In this document: positions 39,360 to 48,318 of the stretch, one piece after another
How positions within the stretch are numbered: the stretch's first letter is position 1
How the letters are laid out: every line of letters starts with the position of its first letter
DNA from: Bifidobacterium breve
GTDB taxonomy: Bacteria > Bacteroidota > Bacteroidia > AKYH767-A > OLB10
Length of the DNA stretch: 64,000 bases
NCBI GenBank assembly: GCA_943329665.2
Contig: CALQEU020000009.1
Span: forward strand, 19,489 to 83,488
Direction: 5' to 3'
Notes under the pieces: model-generated
What the model was told of the DNA's origin: nothing
Database searches by the model: none
What the model saw: the letters and a program-made list of their open reading frames with translations, nothing else
Made by a program: the position numbers and the translations under genes

Positions 39360-40331
39360 TTATTGGTTTACGATGATGATGCTATCGACGCTGATACTAT
39401 CTGTTAGTTGTGAACTTATCATTTCTTCAACATACTTTTCACCTTGAGGTTCCTTTCCACCCACGGGATTACTTCCATGCTTGGTCAAGATAAAGCTTGC
39501 GACTTGTTGTATTTGTTTTGGCGTCAATTGCGATTTCCAAGAAATCATTCCTTTTGCTGGAACACCTTCCGTAATGACTTTGAAAATATTCCTGATACCA
39601 CCGCCATTGATCCAAAAATCGTCCGTTAAATTGGGTCCTACACTACCACCTAATTCAGCACCGTGACATGCAACACAATTTTTATCATAAATTCCTTTTC
39701 CAGCACCTAATGCTTCCGGTGTATTTAGAGCTGTGATTGTTTCAGCAGAAACAAAATCCTTCATGCTTAACTCGCGAGCTTTCGCTTGATCTGCGGCTTC
39801 TTGCATAGCAATATTATATTCTTCGGTTTGTAGTGGACCTGTTCTGAAAAGATGATAATGTGCTAAATAAACAAACGCAAAAATGATGGTTGCATAAAAT
39901 CCCCATACCCACCACGGCGGTAAATTATTATCCAATTCTTTAATCCCATCATAATTGTGATCCAACATAATGTCGGCTTCTTTTTCTACCGGTACTGCTT
40001 TCGTAAGTATATCCCGATCGAAGCGTGTCCAAAAACTAGGCCCATGCAATTCTTCTTCAAAGGCTTTTTCCTTCTTGAGTTCTAGAGCTTGTCTTTTTTC
40101 TGGTGAAAGCAAAGCATATGATAATTTCTTTAAACTTTTAGTTAAAGAAATAATGACAATGAGCATGATGAGAAATAAAAAGATCAGCAGATAAAGTTCC
40201 GATTGAAAAAATATTTCCGGAACTTTTTCAGTCGCTGGAGTAGGCGTAACTGCACCTTGTCCAAAGGAAGTAAGATTGGATGCCGCTAGAAGGAATCCAG
40301 AGTGAAGTATTTTGTTAAATCTATTTTTCAT
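39360..40331 (-). CDS. ccoP: cbb3-type cytochrome c oxidase subunit III (mono-heme form)
   Basis: 323 aa. CcoP N-terminal motif (HNYDGIKELDNNLPPWW) and a single CVACH heme-c site. Confidence 0.85.
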   Translation of the reverse strand: MKNRFNKILHSGFLLAASNLTSFGQGAVTPTPATEKVPEIFFQSELYLLIFLFLIMLIVIISLTKSLKKLSYALLSPEKRQALELKKEKAFEEELHGPSFWTRFDRDILTKAVPVEKEADIMLDHNYDGIKELDNNLPPWWVWGFYATIIFAFVYLAHYHLFRTGPLQTEEYNIAMQEAADQAKARELSMKDFVSAETITALNTPEALGAGKGIYDKNCVACHGAELGGSVGPNLTDDFWINGGGIRNIFKVITEGVPAKGMISWKSQLTPKQIQQVASFILTKHGSNPVGGKEPQGEKYVEEMISSQLTDSISVDSIIIVNQ

Positions 40332-40341
40332 AGATGTATTT

Positions 40342-40518
40342 TTAATCGTTGTTAAGTTCTGAGTTTTCTAAAGGAATTCGACTTGCTTTTTCAATATGTT
40401 CTTTGTCCATCTTTATCAAATAGGCAATGAGAACAGTAAAGAATGCGAAGAATACGAGTAAGGAGAATATAGGATAGATGCTCACGCCAGCTATACTTTC
40501 AAGGATATTTCTAAACAT
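40342..40518 (-). CDS. ccoQ: CcoQ/FixQ-like small membrane subunit (58 aa, below the ORF-track cutoff)
   Basis: My own translation gives MFRNILESIAGVSIYPIFSLLVFFAFFTVLIAYLIKMDKEHIEKASRIPLENSELNND. It has one TM segment, lies between ccoNO and ccoP, and the G..IYPI.SLL.FF pattern resembles Bacteroidota CcoQ. Confidence 0.65.
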   Translation of the reverse strand: MFRNILESIAGVSIYPIFSLLVFFAFFTVLIAYLIKMDKEHIEKASRIPLENSELNND

Positions 40519-40529
40519 ATCTTTTCGTT

Positions 40530-42644
40530 TTATTCGGTTTTAGATGCTTTGATATCTGTTCCCAATCGTTGCAAGTAGGCGATGATAGCAATGAGTTCTT
40601 TATTGGAATCGATGCTCACCTTATTTATCTTGAGATCGTCTGCTATGCTCTTCGCTTGCTTGGTAAGATCATCGTTTGCTTTAACATCATATCCTGCAGG
40701 ATAGGGAACTCCTAAAGTTTGCATGGCTCTAATTTTTGCAGGAGTACTTGTAATGTCTAATTCATTTTCAGCCATGAATGCATAGGATGGCATGATGGAA
40801 CCAGGAGACATAATAGTTGGATCAATCATATGATGGTAATGCCATACATTCGGATATTTTCCACCTTGGCGATGCAAATCCGGACCCGTTCGTTTCGATC
40901 CCCATTGGAATGGATGATCGTAAACAAATTCACCAGCTTTGGAATATTCACCATAACGTTCGGTCTCTGATCGGAATGGTCGCACCATCTGTGAGTGACA
41001 TGTGTAACAGCCTTCACGTATGTAAATATCTCTACCTTGTAATTCTAAAGGTGTATAAGGTTTCACACTCGCAATGGTGGGTATATTCGATTGCACAAGG
41101 AACGTAGGAATAAACTCGACAACACCACCAATCAAAATGACAACCGCACTTAAAATAATCATTTGTACTGGACGACGCTCAATCCAACGATGCCAATGAC
41201 CTGCATGCTCTTTCTCATTTTTCTCTAGTTTTGGAGCTTCTGCAGCTTCTTCTGCATTCAATGTTCCTTGCTTCATCGTTTTTACCAAGTTATACGCCAT
41301 CGTGATGGCACCAGTCAGAAACATCAATCCACCTAATGCACGAAGTTTATACATCGGCATAATCTGGGTAACAGTCTCGAGGAAGTTTGGATATTTTAGA
41401 ATTCCATCTGCTGTAAATTCTTTCCACATTAAACTTTGTGTGAATCCTGCCCAATACATCGGCACAGCGTAGAATAAAATCCCAAGTGTGGCAATCCAAA
41501 AATGGAAGGAAGCTAATTTAGCAGAGTATAAATTGGTTTTGTAAAGTCGAGGTATTAACCAATACAAAATACCAAAGGTCAACATACCATTCCATCCCAT
41601 TCCACCAATGTGTACGTGAGCGATGGTCCAGTCCGTAAAGTGACTAATGGCATTCACACTTTTCAACGATAACATCGGACCTTCAAATGTCGACATACCA
41701 TAAGCGGTAATCGCTACCACCATAAATTTCAATACCACATCTTCTCGAACACGATCCCATGCACCACGTAGTGTTAACAGTCCATTGATCATCCCACCCC
41801 AGGATGGAGCTAAGAGCATAATGGAAAATACCGTTCCTAAAGATTGTGCCCAATCAGGTAAGGATGAATATAAAAGATGATGAGGACCTGCCCAGATGTA
41901 TAAAAATATCAATGCCCAAAAGTGAATGATGGATAATCGATACGAATATACAGGTCGATTTGCAGCTTTCGGAACGAAGTAATACATCAATCCTAAGTAA
42001 GGCGTTGTTAAGAAAAATGCAACCGCATTATGTCCGTACCACCATTGCACTAACGCATCTTGAACGCCCGCGTATGCAGAATAACTTTTTAAGATGCTAA
42101 CTGGAATTTCAATAGAGTTTACAATATGTAAAACGGCAACTGTAACCACAGTAGCAATATAAAACCAAATAGCAACATACATATGTCGCTCTCTTCGTTT
42201 GATAAGCGTTCCAAACATATTTATAGCAAAAGCTACCCAAACAATAGCGATAAGAATATCGATAGGCCATTCCAATTCTGCATATTCTTTTCCAGTGGTA
42301 TGTCCAGTAAGCAAAGTCACCGCTGCAAGAACGATGATCGATTGCCATCCCAAAAAATGAAATTTACTCAAGCCATCACTAAACATTCGTGCTTTACACA
42401 AACGTTGTAATGAATAATACAATCCCATAAAAATTCCATTCCCTACAAATGCGAAGATGATCGCATTGGTATGTACCGGTCGGACTCGACCGAAAGTCAA
42501 GTACTCGCCAATGTTAAGTCCGGGGAACGGAATTTGTAAAGCTATGATAAGCCCTAGTAACATGCCGACAAGCCCCCAAATGATGGTGGCTAAGGCAAAG
42601 TTTTTAACGATGCGGTTGTCGTAGCTAAATTTTTCAATCGTCAT
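40530..42644 (-). CDS. ccoNO: Fused cbb3-type cytochrome c oxidase subunits I and II (CcoN-CcoO)
   Basis: 704 aa. The N-terminal ~470 aa form a heme-copper oxidase subunit I (12 or more TM segments with His ligands, e.g. WTIAHVH). The C-terminal ~220 aa are CcoO with the heme-c site CYTCHSQM. Confidence 0.93.
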   Translation of the reverse strand: MTIEKFSYDNRIVKNFALATIIWGLVGMLLGLIIALQIPFPGLNIGEYLTFGRVRPVHTNAIIFAFVGNGIFMGLYYSLQRLCKARMFSDGLSKFHFLGWQSIIVLAAVTLLTGHTTGKEYAELEWPIDILIAIVWVAFAINMFGTLIKRRERHMYVAIWFYIATVVTVAVLHIVNSIEIPVSILKSYSAYAGVQDALVQWWYGHNAVAFFLTTPYLGLMYYFVPKAANRPVYSYRLSIIHFWALIFLYIWAGPHHLLYSSLPDWAQSLGTVFSIMLLAPSWGGMINGLLTLRGAWDRVREDVVLKFMVVAITAYGMSTFEGPMLSLKSVNAISHFTDWTIAHVHIGGMGWNGMLTFGILYWLIPRLYKTNLYSAKLASFHFWIATLGILFYAVPMYWAGFTQSLMWKEFTADGILKYPNFLETVTQIMPMYKLRALGGLMFLTGAITMAYNLVKTMKQGTLNAEEAAEAPKLEKNEKEHAGHWHRWIERRPVQMIILSAVVILIGGVVEFIPTFLVQSNIPTIASVKPYTPLELQGRDIYIREGCYTCHSQMVRPFRSETERYGEYSKAGEFVYDHPFQWGSKRTGPDLHRQGGKYPNVWHYHHMIDPTIMSPGSIMPSYAFMAENELDITSTPAKIRAMQTLGVPYPAGYDVKANDDLTKQAKSIADDLKINKVSIDSNKELIAIIAYLQRLGTDIKASKTE

Positions 42645-42829
42645 ACAGCGTCTGTATTTTTAGAATTAGGTTGTTCTTTTTGAGTTACTATTTCGTCGTC
42701 AAATAATATTCGTACTGCTGGCGATACATCATCATCATATTGTCCTGTCTTCACCGACCATAAAAATCCAATGAGGAAACTTCCTGCTACTAATAAGCTA
42801 AATGATATTAATATTAAGATGACACTCAT
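42641..42829 (-). CDS. ccoS: cbb3 oxidase maturation protein CcoS/FixS
   Basis: MSVILILISFSLLVAGSFLIGFLWSVKTGQYDD is CcoS-like. It overlaps the ccoNO start by 4 nt. The ATG at 42829 is preferred to the TTG at 42838. Confidence 0.8.
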   Translation of the reverse strand: MSVILILISFSLLVAGSFLIGFLWSVKTGQYDDDVSPAVRILFDDEIVTQKEQPNSKNTDAV

Positions 42830-42835
42830 GATGCG

Positions 42836-42843
42836 CAAATCTA
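42836..42843 (-). promoter_or_regulatory. -7 promoter box (TAGATTTG on the minus strand) just upstream of ccoS
   Basis: Plus-strand CAAATCTA at 42836-42843. It is only 6 nt from the ccoS ATG, which implies a very short or absent leader. Confidence 0.35.
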
Positions 42844-42887
42844 CTTTTGAAGAATATAATTCAGACTGACAAATCTTATCATTTGGA

Positions 42888-42901
42888 TTGACAATTATCA
42901 G
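42888..42901. promoter_or_regulatory. FNR/FixK-like palindrome TTGACAATTATCAG upstream of ccoS-ccoNO
   Basis: The pattern is TTGAC-N4-ATCA. Its centre is 65.5 nt upstream of the ccoS ATG. It overlaps the ccoI stop codon (42898-42900). Confidence 0.4.
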
Positions 42902-45321
42902 TTTTTCATTCTTGTTAAACCCAAACTTCTCGCTTTTATACTACTTGCAAGCACAGTGTAAATCACTAAGCTACTCGTGCTGATGGGCATAAGGATCGCA
43001 GCAATGATGGGAGATAAAGTGCCTTGTACAGCAAACCAAAGTCCCACTAAATTGTAGAAAATAGAAATGACAAAACTAATAAGGATGATGCGATGTCCCG
43101 ATTTTGCAAAGCGCAGCAAATTTTCAATTTGGCCAAAATTTTTGGATAAGATAATTCCATCACTTCCAGGAGTAAAGTTGTTAATGTCTTCTGCAATAGC
43201 TAATCCTACATCACTTTGCATGAGCGCCCCAGCATCGTTGAGTCCATCACCAATCATCATTACTTTTTTTCCTTGTGATTGCAATTCTTTAATACTATTT
43301 AATTTATCGATAGGCTTTTGTTCAAATTGAATTCCTTCTTTTTGATCCAAGATTTCTTCCAAGTGAGATTGTTCAAAATTAAAATCACCACTCAGAACGG
43401 AAATTTTATATCCCTCTTTCTTCATTGCATGTAATAGTGAAGAGGTAGATTGACGATAAGAAGTTTTGAAATAAAAGAATCCCAATAATTTTCCATCAAT
43501 ACTTACACCTACTTCAGATGATTTTACATTTTCATTGTGTGCTTTAGCAACATGTATGAAACTTCTTGATCCCAATTGAACAAAACTTCCCTGTATCGAA
43601 CCTTCGATGCCTTTTCCATTAATTTCCTTTAGATGGGTAATAGGCAATTTATTATTGGAAGAAGATAGAAAGTTGGATAACATCCTACTGAATGGATGAG
43701 AAGATGCATGGGCAAGCGATGCAATAAATTGCTTCTGTAACTCGGTAGGTTCTATTCCAAAATATTCAACTTTATAGTTTTCTGCAGAGGTAAGCGTTCC
43801 TGTTTTATCAAAAACAACAGAATCAATATTTGATAAGCGTTCTAAGACTTTTGTGTTCTTCAAATAGATACCACGCTTACCTAAAATACGAATCATATTG
43901 CCAAATGTAAATGGTGCCGATAACGCCAATGCACAAGCACATGCAATTACTAATACGGAGCTAAATGCTAGCATTGCTCTAGATGGATCTGTCGGGTACC
44001 AGTAGAGTAGGGCGACGACAGCTATGCTTATCGTTATTACGACAAACCATTTGCTGATGCTTTCGGTAAGATGGGCATATTTACTTTTTGTATCGCTTTT
44101 ACCTGAACTTTGATTCCAGAGCTTAGTGATATAACTGTGCGAAACATCCTTTTGAACAAGCACCTCAACGGGTTTACCTATTAATCGTGCCCCAGCAAAA
44201 ATTCGTTCGCCATACTGACAAGTAACTTCTCTTGATTCACCGGTTACAAAACTATAATCGACATGAGCTTGTTTACTAACTAATAACACATCAGCAGGAA
44301 TAATTTCCTGATTTCGGATGAATAAACGATCATTGGGTTTGATCTCTTGAACGGAAACAACTTCTTCCTCAGTTCCATTTAGCCGACTTACTGCAATGGG
44401 AAAGTAAGATTTATAGTCTCGTTCGAAGCTGAGCCATTCATATGTTTTGCTTTGGAAATTTCGTCCGATGAGCATAAAAAAAACCAAGCCTGTCATACTA
44501 TCAAAATAACCAGGACCTGTATCAGAAACTACTTCATAAATACTTCTCGAAAACATCGCAACAATTCCGATGGCTATGGGTACATCTATATTAATGATTT
44601 TTTGACGAAAGCTCATTAAAGCATTTTCTAAAAACTCGTTTGCACTGTAAAAGAATACGGGTAGAGAAAGTAATAAATTCAAATACCCGAAGATGCGATG
44701 AAAATCTTCACCTTCATATTTACCAGATGAAAAGTATTCAGGAAAGCTGAGCAACATAATATTTCCAAAAACGAATCCTGCTATTCCAATCTTATAGATT
44801 CGAGTTTTACTGGACACTTTTGTTTCGCCCTTCTCTAATTCTTTCAAATTAAGTTCAGGAGGATAAGCAATTTCATGTAGTTTCTCCACAATTATTCGCA
44901 AACTCGTTTTAGTATCATCGAAAATGAGGTGCAATTCCTTCTGAATAAAATTGGTTTTAGAACTGATGATACCCGCGTCCAAACGATTCATATGTTCCAA
45001 TAGCCAAATACAACTGGCGCAGTGCATGGCCGGAATGTGGAATTGAATATGAGATACATTACCCTCTTTAAAGAGAATGAGCTTGTCAGAAATGGAAGAT
45101 TGATCTAAATAAGCATATCGGTTACCTAAAAGCGTTTGTGTTTTTCCTGGAGAAGATTGCAGATCATAATAACCACATAAATTATTTTCTTGCAAAAGTT
45201 CAAAAACCAATTTGCAACCTTGACAACAAAAAGATTTACTGTCAAGCACTACGCTCTCTTCTTTGCAATTTTCACCGCAGTGATAGCACTGAGTTTCAGT
45301 ATGAATAATGTTTTCACGCAT
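42898..45321 (-). CDS. ccoI: Heavy-metal (copper) translocating P1B-type ATPase CcoI/FixI
   Basis: 807 aa. N-terminal Cys-rich region, CAC in TM6 (IACACALALS), phosphorylation site DKTGTLT, and the hinge GDGLNDAGAL. Confidence 0.9.
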   Translation of the reverse strand: MRENIIHTETQCYHCGENCKEESVVLDSKSFCCQGCKLVFELLQENNLCGYYDLQSSPGKTQTLLGNRYAYLDQSSISDKLILFKEGNVSHIQFHIPAMHCASCIWLLEHMNRLDAGIISSKTNFIQKELHLIFDDTKTSLRIIVEKLHEIAYPPELNLKELEKGETKVSSKTRIYKIGIAGFVFGNIMLLSFPEYFSSGKYEGEDFHRIFGYLNLLLSLPVFFYSANEFLENALMSFRQKIINIDVPIAIGIVAMFSRSIYEVVSDTGPGYFDSMTGLVFFMLIGRNFQSKTYEWLSFERDYKSYFPIAVSRLNGTEEEVVSVQEIKPNDRLFIRNQEIIPADVLLVSKQAHVDYSFVTGESREVTCQYGERIFAGARLIGKPVEVLVQKDVSHSYITKLWNQSSGKSDTKSKYAHLTESISKWFVVITISIAVVALLYWYPTDPSRAMLAFSSVLVIACACALALSAPFTFGNMIRILGKRGIYLKNTKVLERLSNIDSVVFDKTGTLTSAENYKVEYFGIEPTELQKQFIASLAHASSHPFSRMLSNFLSSSNNKLPITHLKEINGKGIEGSIQGSFVQLGSRSFIHVAKAHNENVKSSEVGVSIDGKLLGFFYFKTSYRQSTSSLLHAMKKEGYKISVLSGDFNFEQSHLEEILDQKEGIQFEQKPIDKLNSIKELQSQGKKVMMIGDGLNDAGALMQSDVGLAIAEDINNFTPGSDGIILSKNFGQIENLLRFAKSGHRIILISFVISIFYNLVGLWFAVQGTLSPIIAAILMPISTSSLVIYTVLASSIKARSLGLTRMKN

Positions 45322-45368
45322 GGTAGTTCCTAGACGAGCAATTTTACTTCAACTATTGGAAAGAGATA

Positions 45369-45382
45369 TTGACGAAAGTCAT
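45369..45382. promoter_or_regulatory. FNR/FixK-like palindrome TTGACGAAAGTCAT (ccoI-proximal)
   Basis: TTGAC-N4-GTCAT within ATATTGACGAAAGTCAT. Its centre is 54.5 nt from the ccoI ATG (45321). Confidence 0.45.
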
Positions 45383-45427
45383 CTTTAGTACTGATCCATC
45401 TCAAATCGGATTTTGTCAGCGCTAATA

Positions 45428-45441
45428 TTGACTTATGTCAT
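45428..45441. promoter_or_regulatory. FNR/FixK-like palindrome TTGACTTATGTCAT (proximal to the 45489 ORF)
   Basis: TTGAC-N4-GTCAT within ATATTGACTTATGTCAT. Its centre is 54.5 nt from the ATG at 45489. It shares 13 of 17 positions with the site at 45369. Confidence 0.45.
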
Positions 45442-45488
45442 AGAAATAATGATAGAATTCTTTCATTTTTGTTGAATATATACCGAAA

Positions 45489-45926
45489 ATGTACAGTCGA
45501 TTTAATCAAAATGAAATGCTGAAAATCCTAATTAGTGACGAGCGAAAATTAATGGAAATACAAAAGGATTTTACGTTATATTTTCCCTTCTTGAAACTAG
45601 AATTTTTTAAAGCTCCCCATAAAATTGGAGATGGCTCTGCTAAAAATTTACTGCTCGATTCCAATAAGTTGATCAAGGATTGTAGAAGCAGCCGTCCAAC
45701 GCTTCATATAGAAATCAAAGAAAGTATGACGGTAGATCAATTGGAGCAATTATTATTTGAAAACTTCGGATTGGCAGCCCAAGTGTTTAGAAAATCAGGA
45801 AACGTTTGGTTAGAAACATCGGCTACCGATAACTGGACCTTACTTCAACAGAATAATGAAGGAGCAGAATTGTCAACCCAAATCAAGGAGAACCGCGAAA
45901 ATTTAGATAATATCGATCCTTACTAA
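45489..45926 (+). CDS. Hypothetical protein, divergent from ccoI
   Basis: 145-aa ORF with an ATG start and no recognised motif. Confidence 0.6.
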   Translation: MYSRFNQNEMLKILISDERKLMEIQKDFTLYFPFLKLEFFKAPHKIGDGSAKNLLLDSNKLIKDCRSSRPTLHIEIKESMTVDQLEQLLFENFGLAAQVFRKSGNVWLETSATDNWTLLQQNNEGAELSTQIKENRENLDNIDPY

Positions 45927-45936
45927 TAATTGGCTA

Positions 45937-45986
45937 ATTTAAACGCTGCGTTCGCAACGGTTTCGCTGCGTTCGCTGCGTTTAAAT
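45937..45986. terminator. Large hairpin between convergent genes (candidate bidirectional terminator)
   Basis: ATTTAAACGC (45937-45946) pairs with GCGTTTAAAT (45977-45986). The 30-nt loop contains GCTGCGTTCGC twice. Confidence 0.45.
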
Positions 45987-46005
45987 CTACATTTTATTCC
46001 GAGTG

Positions 46006-47067
46006 TTATCCCTTCAACGACCTTAATTTCTTTTCATCAATGATTTTTATTTTTCCTCCTTTGATCTCGATCAAATTTTCTTCTTTGAAATCACTTAAAG
46101 TTCTAATTAAAGACTCTGTCGCTGTACCCACAATATTCGCTAAGTCATCACGCGCAATGGCCATTGAAAACTGTCCTTCGTCCTTGACTTGATATTTTTC
46201 CTGAAGTAGGATTAAAGCTTCCGCCGTTCTTTTTCTTACAGAACTATAGGCCAAGTCCACTAAACGCTCTTGTTTGTCGACAACACCTTTCGTAAGAATT
46301 TTTAAAAAGCTTCTCGTCACCGATACATTTCCAAAAATCATATTATGAAACTCGTCTTTTGGAATGAAAGTAATTTCGGAATCTTCTAAAGTTTCTGCTG
46401 ATTCATTATAAGGTTTCTCCTCTAATAAACTCGTGTAGGCAAAGAAGTCGCCTTCCTTTAAAAGATCAGTGATGAGTTCTTTTCCATACTCATGAGTCTT
46501 GAAAATCTTTACTTTCCCTTGGTTGATATAATAAAGACCATTTGGGTAATTTCCTTCAAGATAGATCGTCTCTTTCTTCTTGTAATGATTTATCTTTTTT
46601 CCTTCCAAAAATTTTTTCAATGCATTTGATCCCGCAACATCACTGATGAAGGTACTCAATCCGTCAAAGTCTTTTTCATATTCTTTTTTAAGTACCTCAG
46701 CCTTTTTTATACGACTTTCTACCGCATTTAATAATTCAGTCTTATCAAATGGTTTGGTGATATAATCATCTGCTCCTAAGTCCATGCCTTTACGCATATC
46801 GCTGCGTTCTGCTTTTGCAGTAAGGAAGATGAAAGGAATAGCTGACATCGCAGGATCTTTCCCTAAAAGATGCAAGACGCCATAGCCATCTAATCCTGGC
46901 ATCATGATGTCGCAAATGATTAAATCAGGTTGTTCTTGACGCGCCAATTCTACGCCTTCTTTTCCATCAGGTGCAGTGTACACTTTGTAATGTGCTAACT
47001 CTAAAATTTCAGCAGTGTTCTCACGAACATCTACATTGTCTTCAATTAATAATATTTTCTTGTCCAT
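46006..47067 (-). CDS. Response regulator with a receiver domain fused to a Crp/Fnr-type cNMP-binding domain and HTH
   Basis: 353 aa. The REC domain has E9/D10, D53 (IICDIMMPGLDG), T83 and K105 (ITKPF). The middle domain is a beta-roll cNMP-binding fold (IYLEGNYPNGLYYINQGKVKIFK...). The C-terminal Crp-type HTH reads RDDLANIVGTATESLIRTLSDF. There is no FNR-type Cys cluster. Confidence 0.88.
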   Translation of the reverse strand: MDKKILLIEDNVDVRENTAEILELAHYKVYTAPDGKEGVELARQEQPDLIICDIMMPGLDGYGVLHLLGKDPAMSAIPFIFLTAKAERSDMRKGMDLGADDYITKPFDKTELLNAVESRIKKAEVLKKEYEKDFDGLSTFISDVAGSNALKKFLEGKKINHYKKKETIYLEGNYPNGLYYINQGKVKIFKTHEYGKELITDLLKEGDFFAYTSLLEEKPYNESAETLEDSEITFIPKDEFHNMIFGNVSVTRSFLKILTKGVVDKQERLVDLAYSSVRKRTAEALILLQEKYQVKDEGQFSMAIARDDLANIVGTATESLIRTLSDFKEENLIEIKGGKIKIIDEKKLRSLKG

Positions 47068-47070
47068 ATT

Positions 47071-48318
47071 TTAATGTTGCTGAGGAAAAGTAATTTTAAT
47101 AGTTGTTCCCTTTTCCAATTCACTTTTAAGTTCTAAACTTCCGTTCATTAAATCAACATAACTTCCTACAATATGTAATCCTAATCCAGTTCCTTGAATG
47201 TTAAATGCATTTTTAGCTCTAAAGAAACGTTCAAATAAATGCTTTTGGTCTTCTTTACTAATTCCAATTCCTTTATCTTTTATTTCGATAAAAACAGAAA
47301 GGTCATTCACTTGAACAGAAACCAGTATTTTTTTGTTTTCAGGACTAAATTTAACGGCATTATTGATTAAATTAATAAGAATATTCTTGATCAATTTTAT
47401 GTCTAACGAAACTTCAGCATTTCCTACATGCTGATAAACGATTTCTTGTCCTGACTTTACATTTAATTGCAAATCGCTCACTATTTCCTTCACTAAATGT
47501 GGCAAATCAAATTTCCTAAATTCAGTATGTACTTTTCCTTCTTCCAATTTGCTAAGCGATAAAAAGTCACTCAAAATGTCATTTAAATTGTTCACCGCTG
47601 ATTTGATTCTAGAAATATGTTTTTCTCTTTTGTCATTATTTGCGGTCTCTACATATTCAGAGATAAGGCTCGCTGAAGAGAGAATCGTGGTCAAGGGTGT
47701 TCTGAATTCATGAGAAGCCATAGAAATAAACCTTGATTTTAAATCATTAAGATCTTTTTCCTTCTCCAATGCAAGTCGTAATTCTTCCTTCGACTTCTCC
47801 AATTCCCGAATGGCTTCTTGCAAAACCTTCGTTCGGTCAGAAACTTTCTTTTCCAATCCTTCATTGGTAGTGATGAGCGCTGCAGCTACACGCTCTAATT
47901 CATGTTGCTTCTCTTTAACAGTGACCTCAATTCCTTTTCTAACAGTGATGTCTATAATAAAGGCAACAACAAATTTTTGCCCTTTGATTTGCACTGGGCT
48001 CAAACTTATTTCCACTGGAAATTGTGTTCCGTCTTTTCTTTCTGCAAAAAGATCCATTCCCGTACCCATGGGACGGGCATATAGTTCTTTGCTATAATTT
48101 TCTCGATGATTGTGATGATGTCCTCTAACATTGGATGGAACTATATCTTCAATCTTTAATTCATGTAATTCTTCATCGGTATGACCCAACATCCTCGCTG
48201 CAGAACTATTCGCCATACGAATTCGCCCTTCCATATCCGATACAATGATCCCTTCCGTGGCATCTTTGAAGACGGTATCAATAATTTCACTTCTGTTAAT
48301 TTCATCCATAATTCTCAT
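47071..48318 (-). CDS. Cytoplasmic PAS-domain sensor histidine kinase (FixL-like PAS core)
   Basis: No TM segments. PAS domain at roughly aa 17-130 in track numbering, a coiled-coil linker, H box SHEFRTPLT, N box NLINNAVKFS, G1 DKGIGI and G2 GTGLGL. Its stop codon is 3 nt before the regulator's ATG. The start is ATG 48318 or 48309; the track's TTG at 48333 is less likely. Confidence 0.88.
   Translation of the reverse strand: MRIMDEINRSEIIDTVFKDATEGIIVSDMEGRIRMANSSAARMLGHTDEELHELKIEDIVPSNVRGHHHNHRENYSKELYARPMGTGMDLFAERKDGTQFPVEISLSPVQIKGQKFVVAFIIDITVRKGIEVTVKEKQHELERVAAALITTNEGLEKKVSDRTKVLQEAIRELEKSKEELRLALEKEKDLNDLKSRFISMASHEFRTPLTTILSSASLISEYVETANNDKREKHISRIKSAVNNLNDILSDFLSLSKLEEGKVHTEFRKFDLPHLVKEIVSDLQLNVKSGQEIVYQHVGNAEVSLDIKLIKNILINLINNAVKFSPENKKILVSVQVNDLSVFIEIKDKGIGISKEDQKHLFERFFRAKNAFNIQGTGLGLHIVGSYVDLMNGSLELKSELEKGTTIKITFPQQH

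Noticed and set aside
39360-40331. Single heme-c motif in CcoP as a possible truncation
   Set aside because: The ORF is full length, with the conserved N-terminal CcoP domain and one CVACH site. As far as I recall, mono-heme CcoP is the normal form in Bacteroidota.
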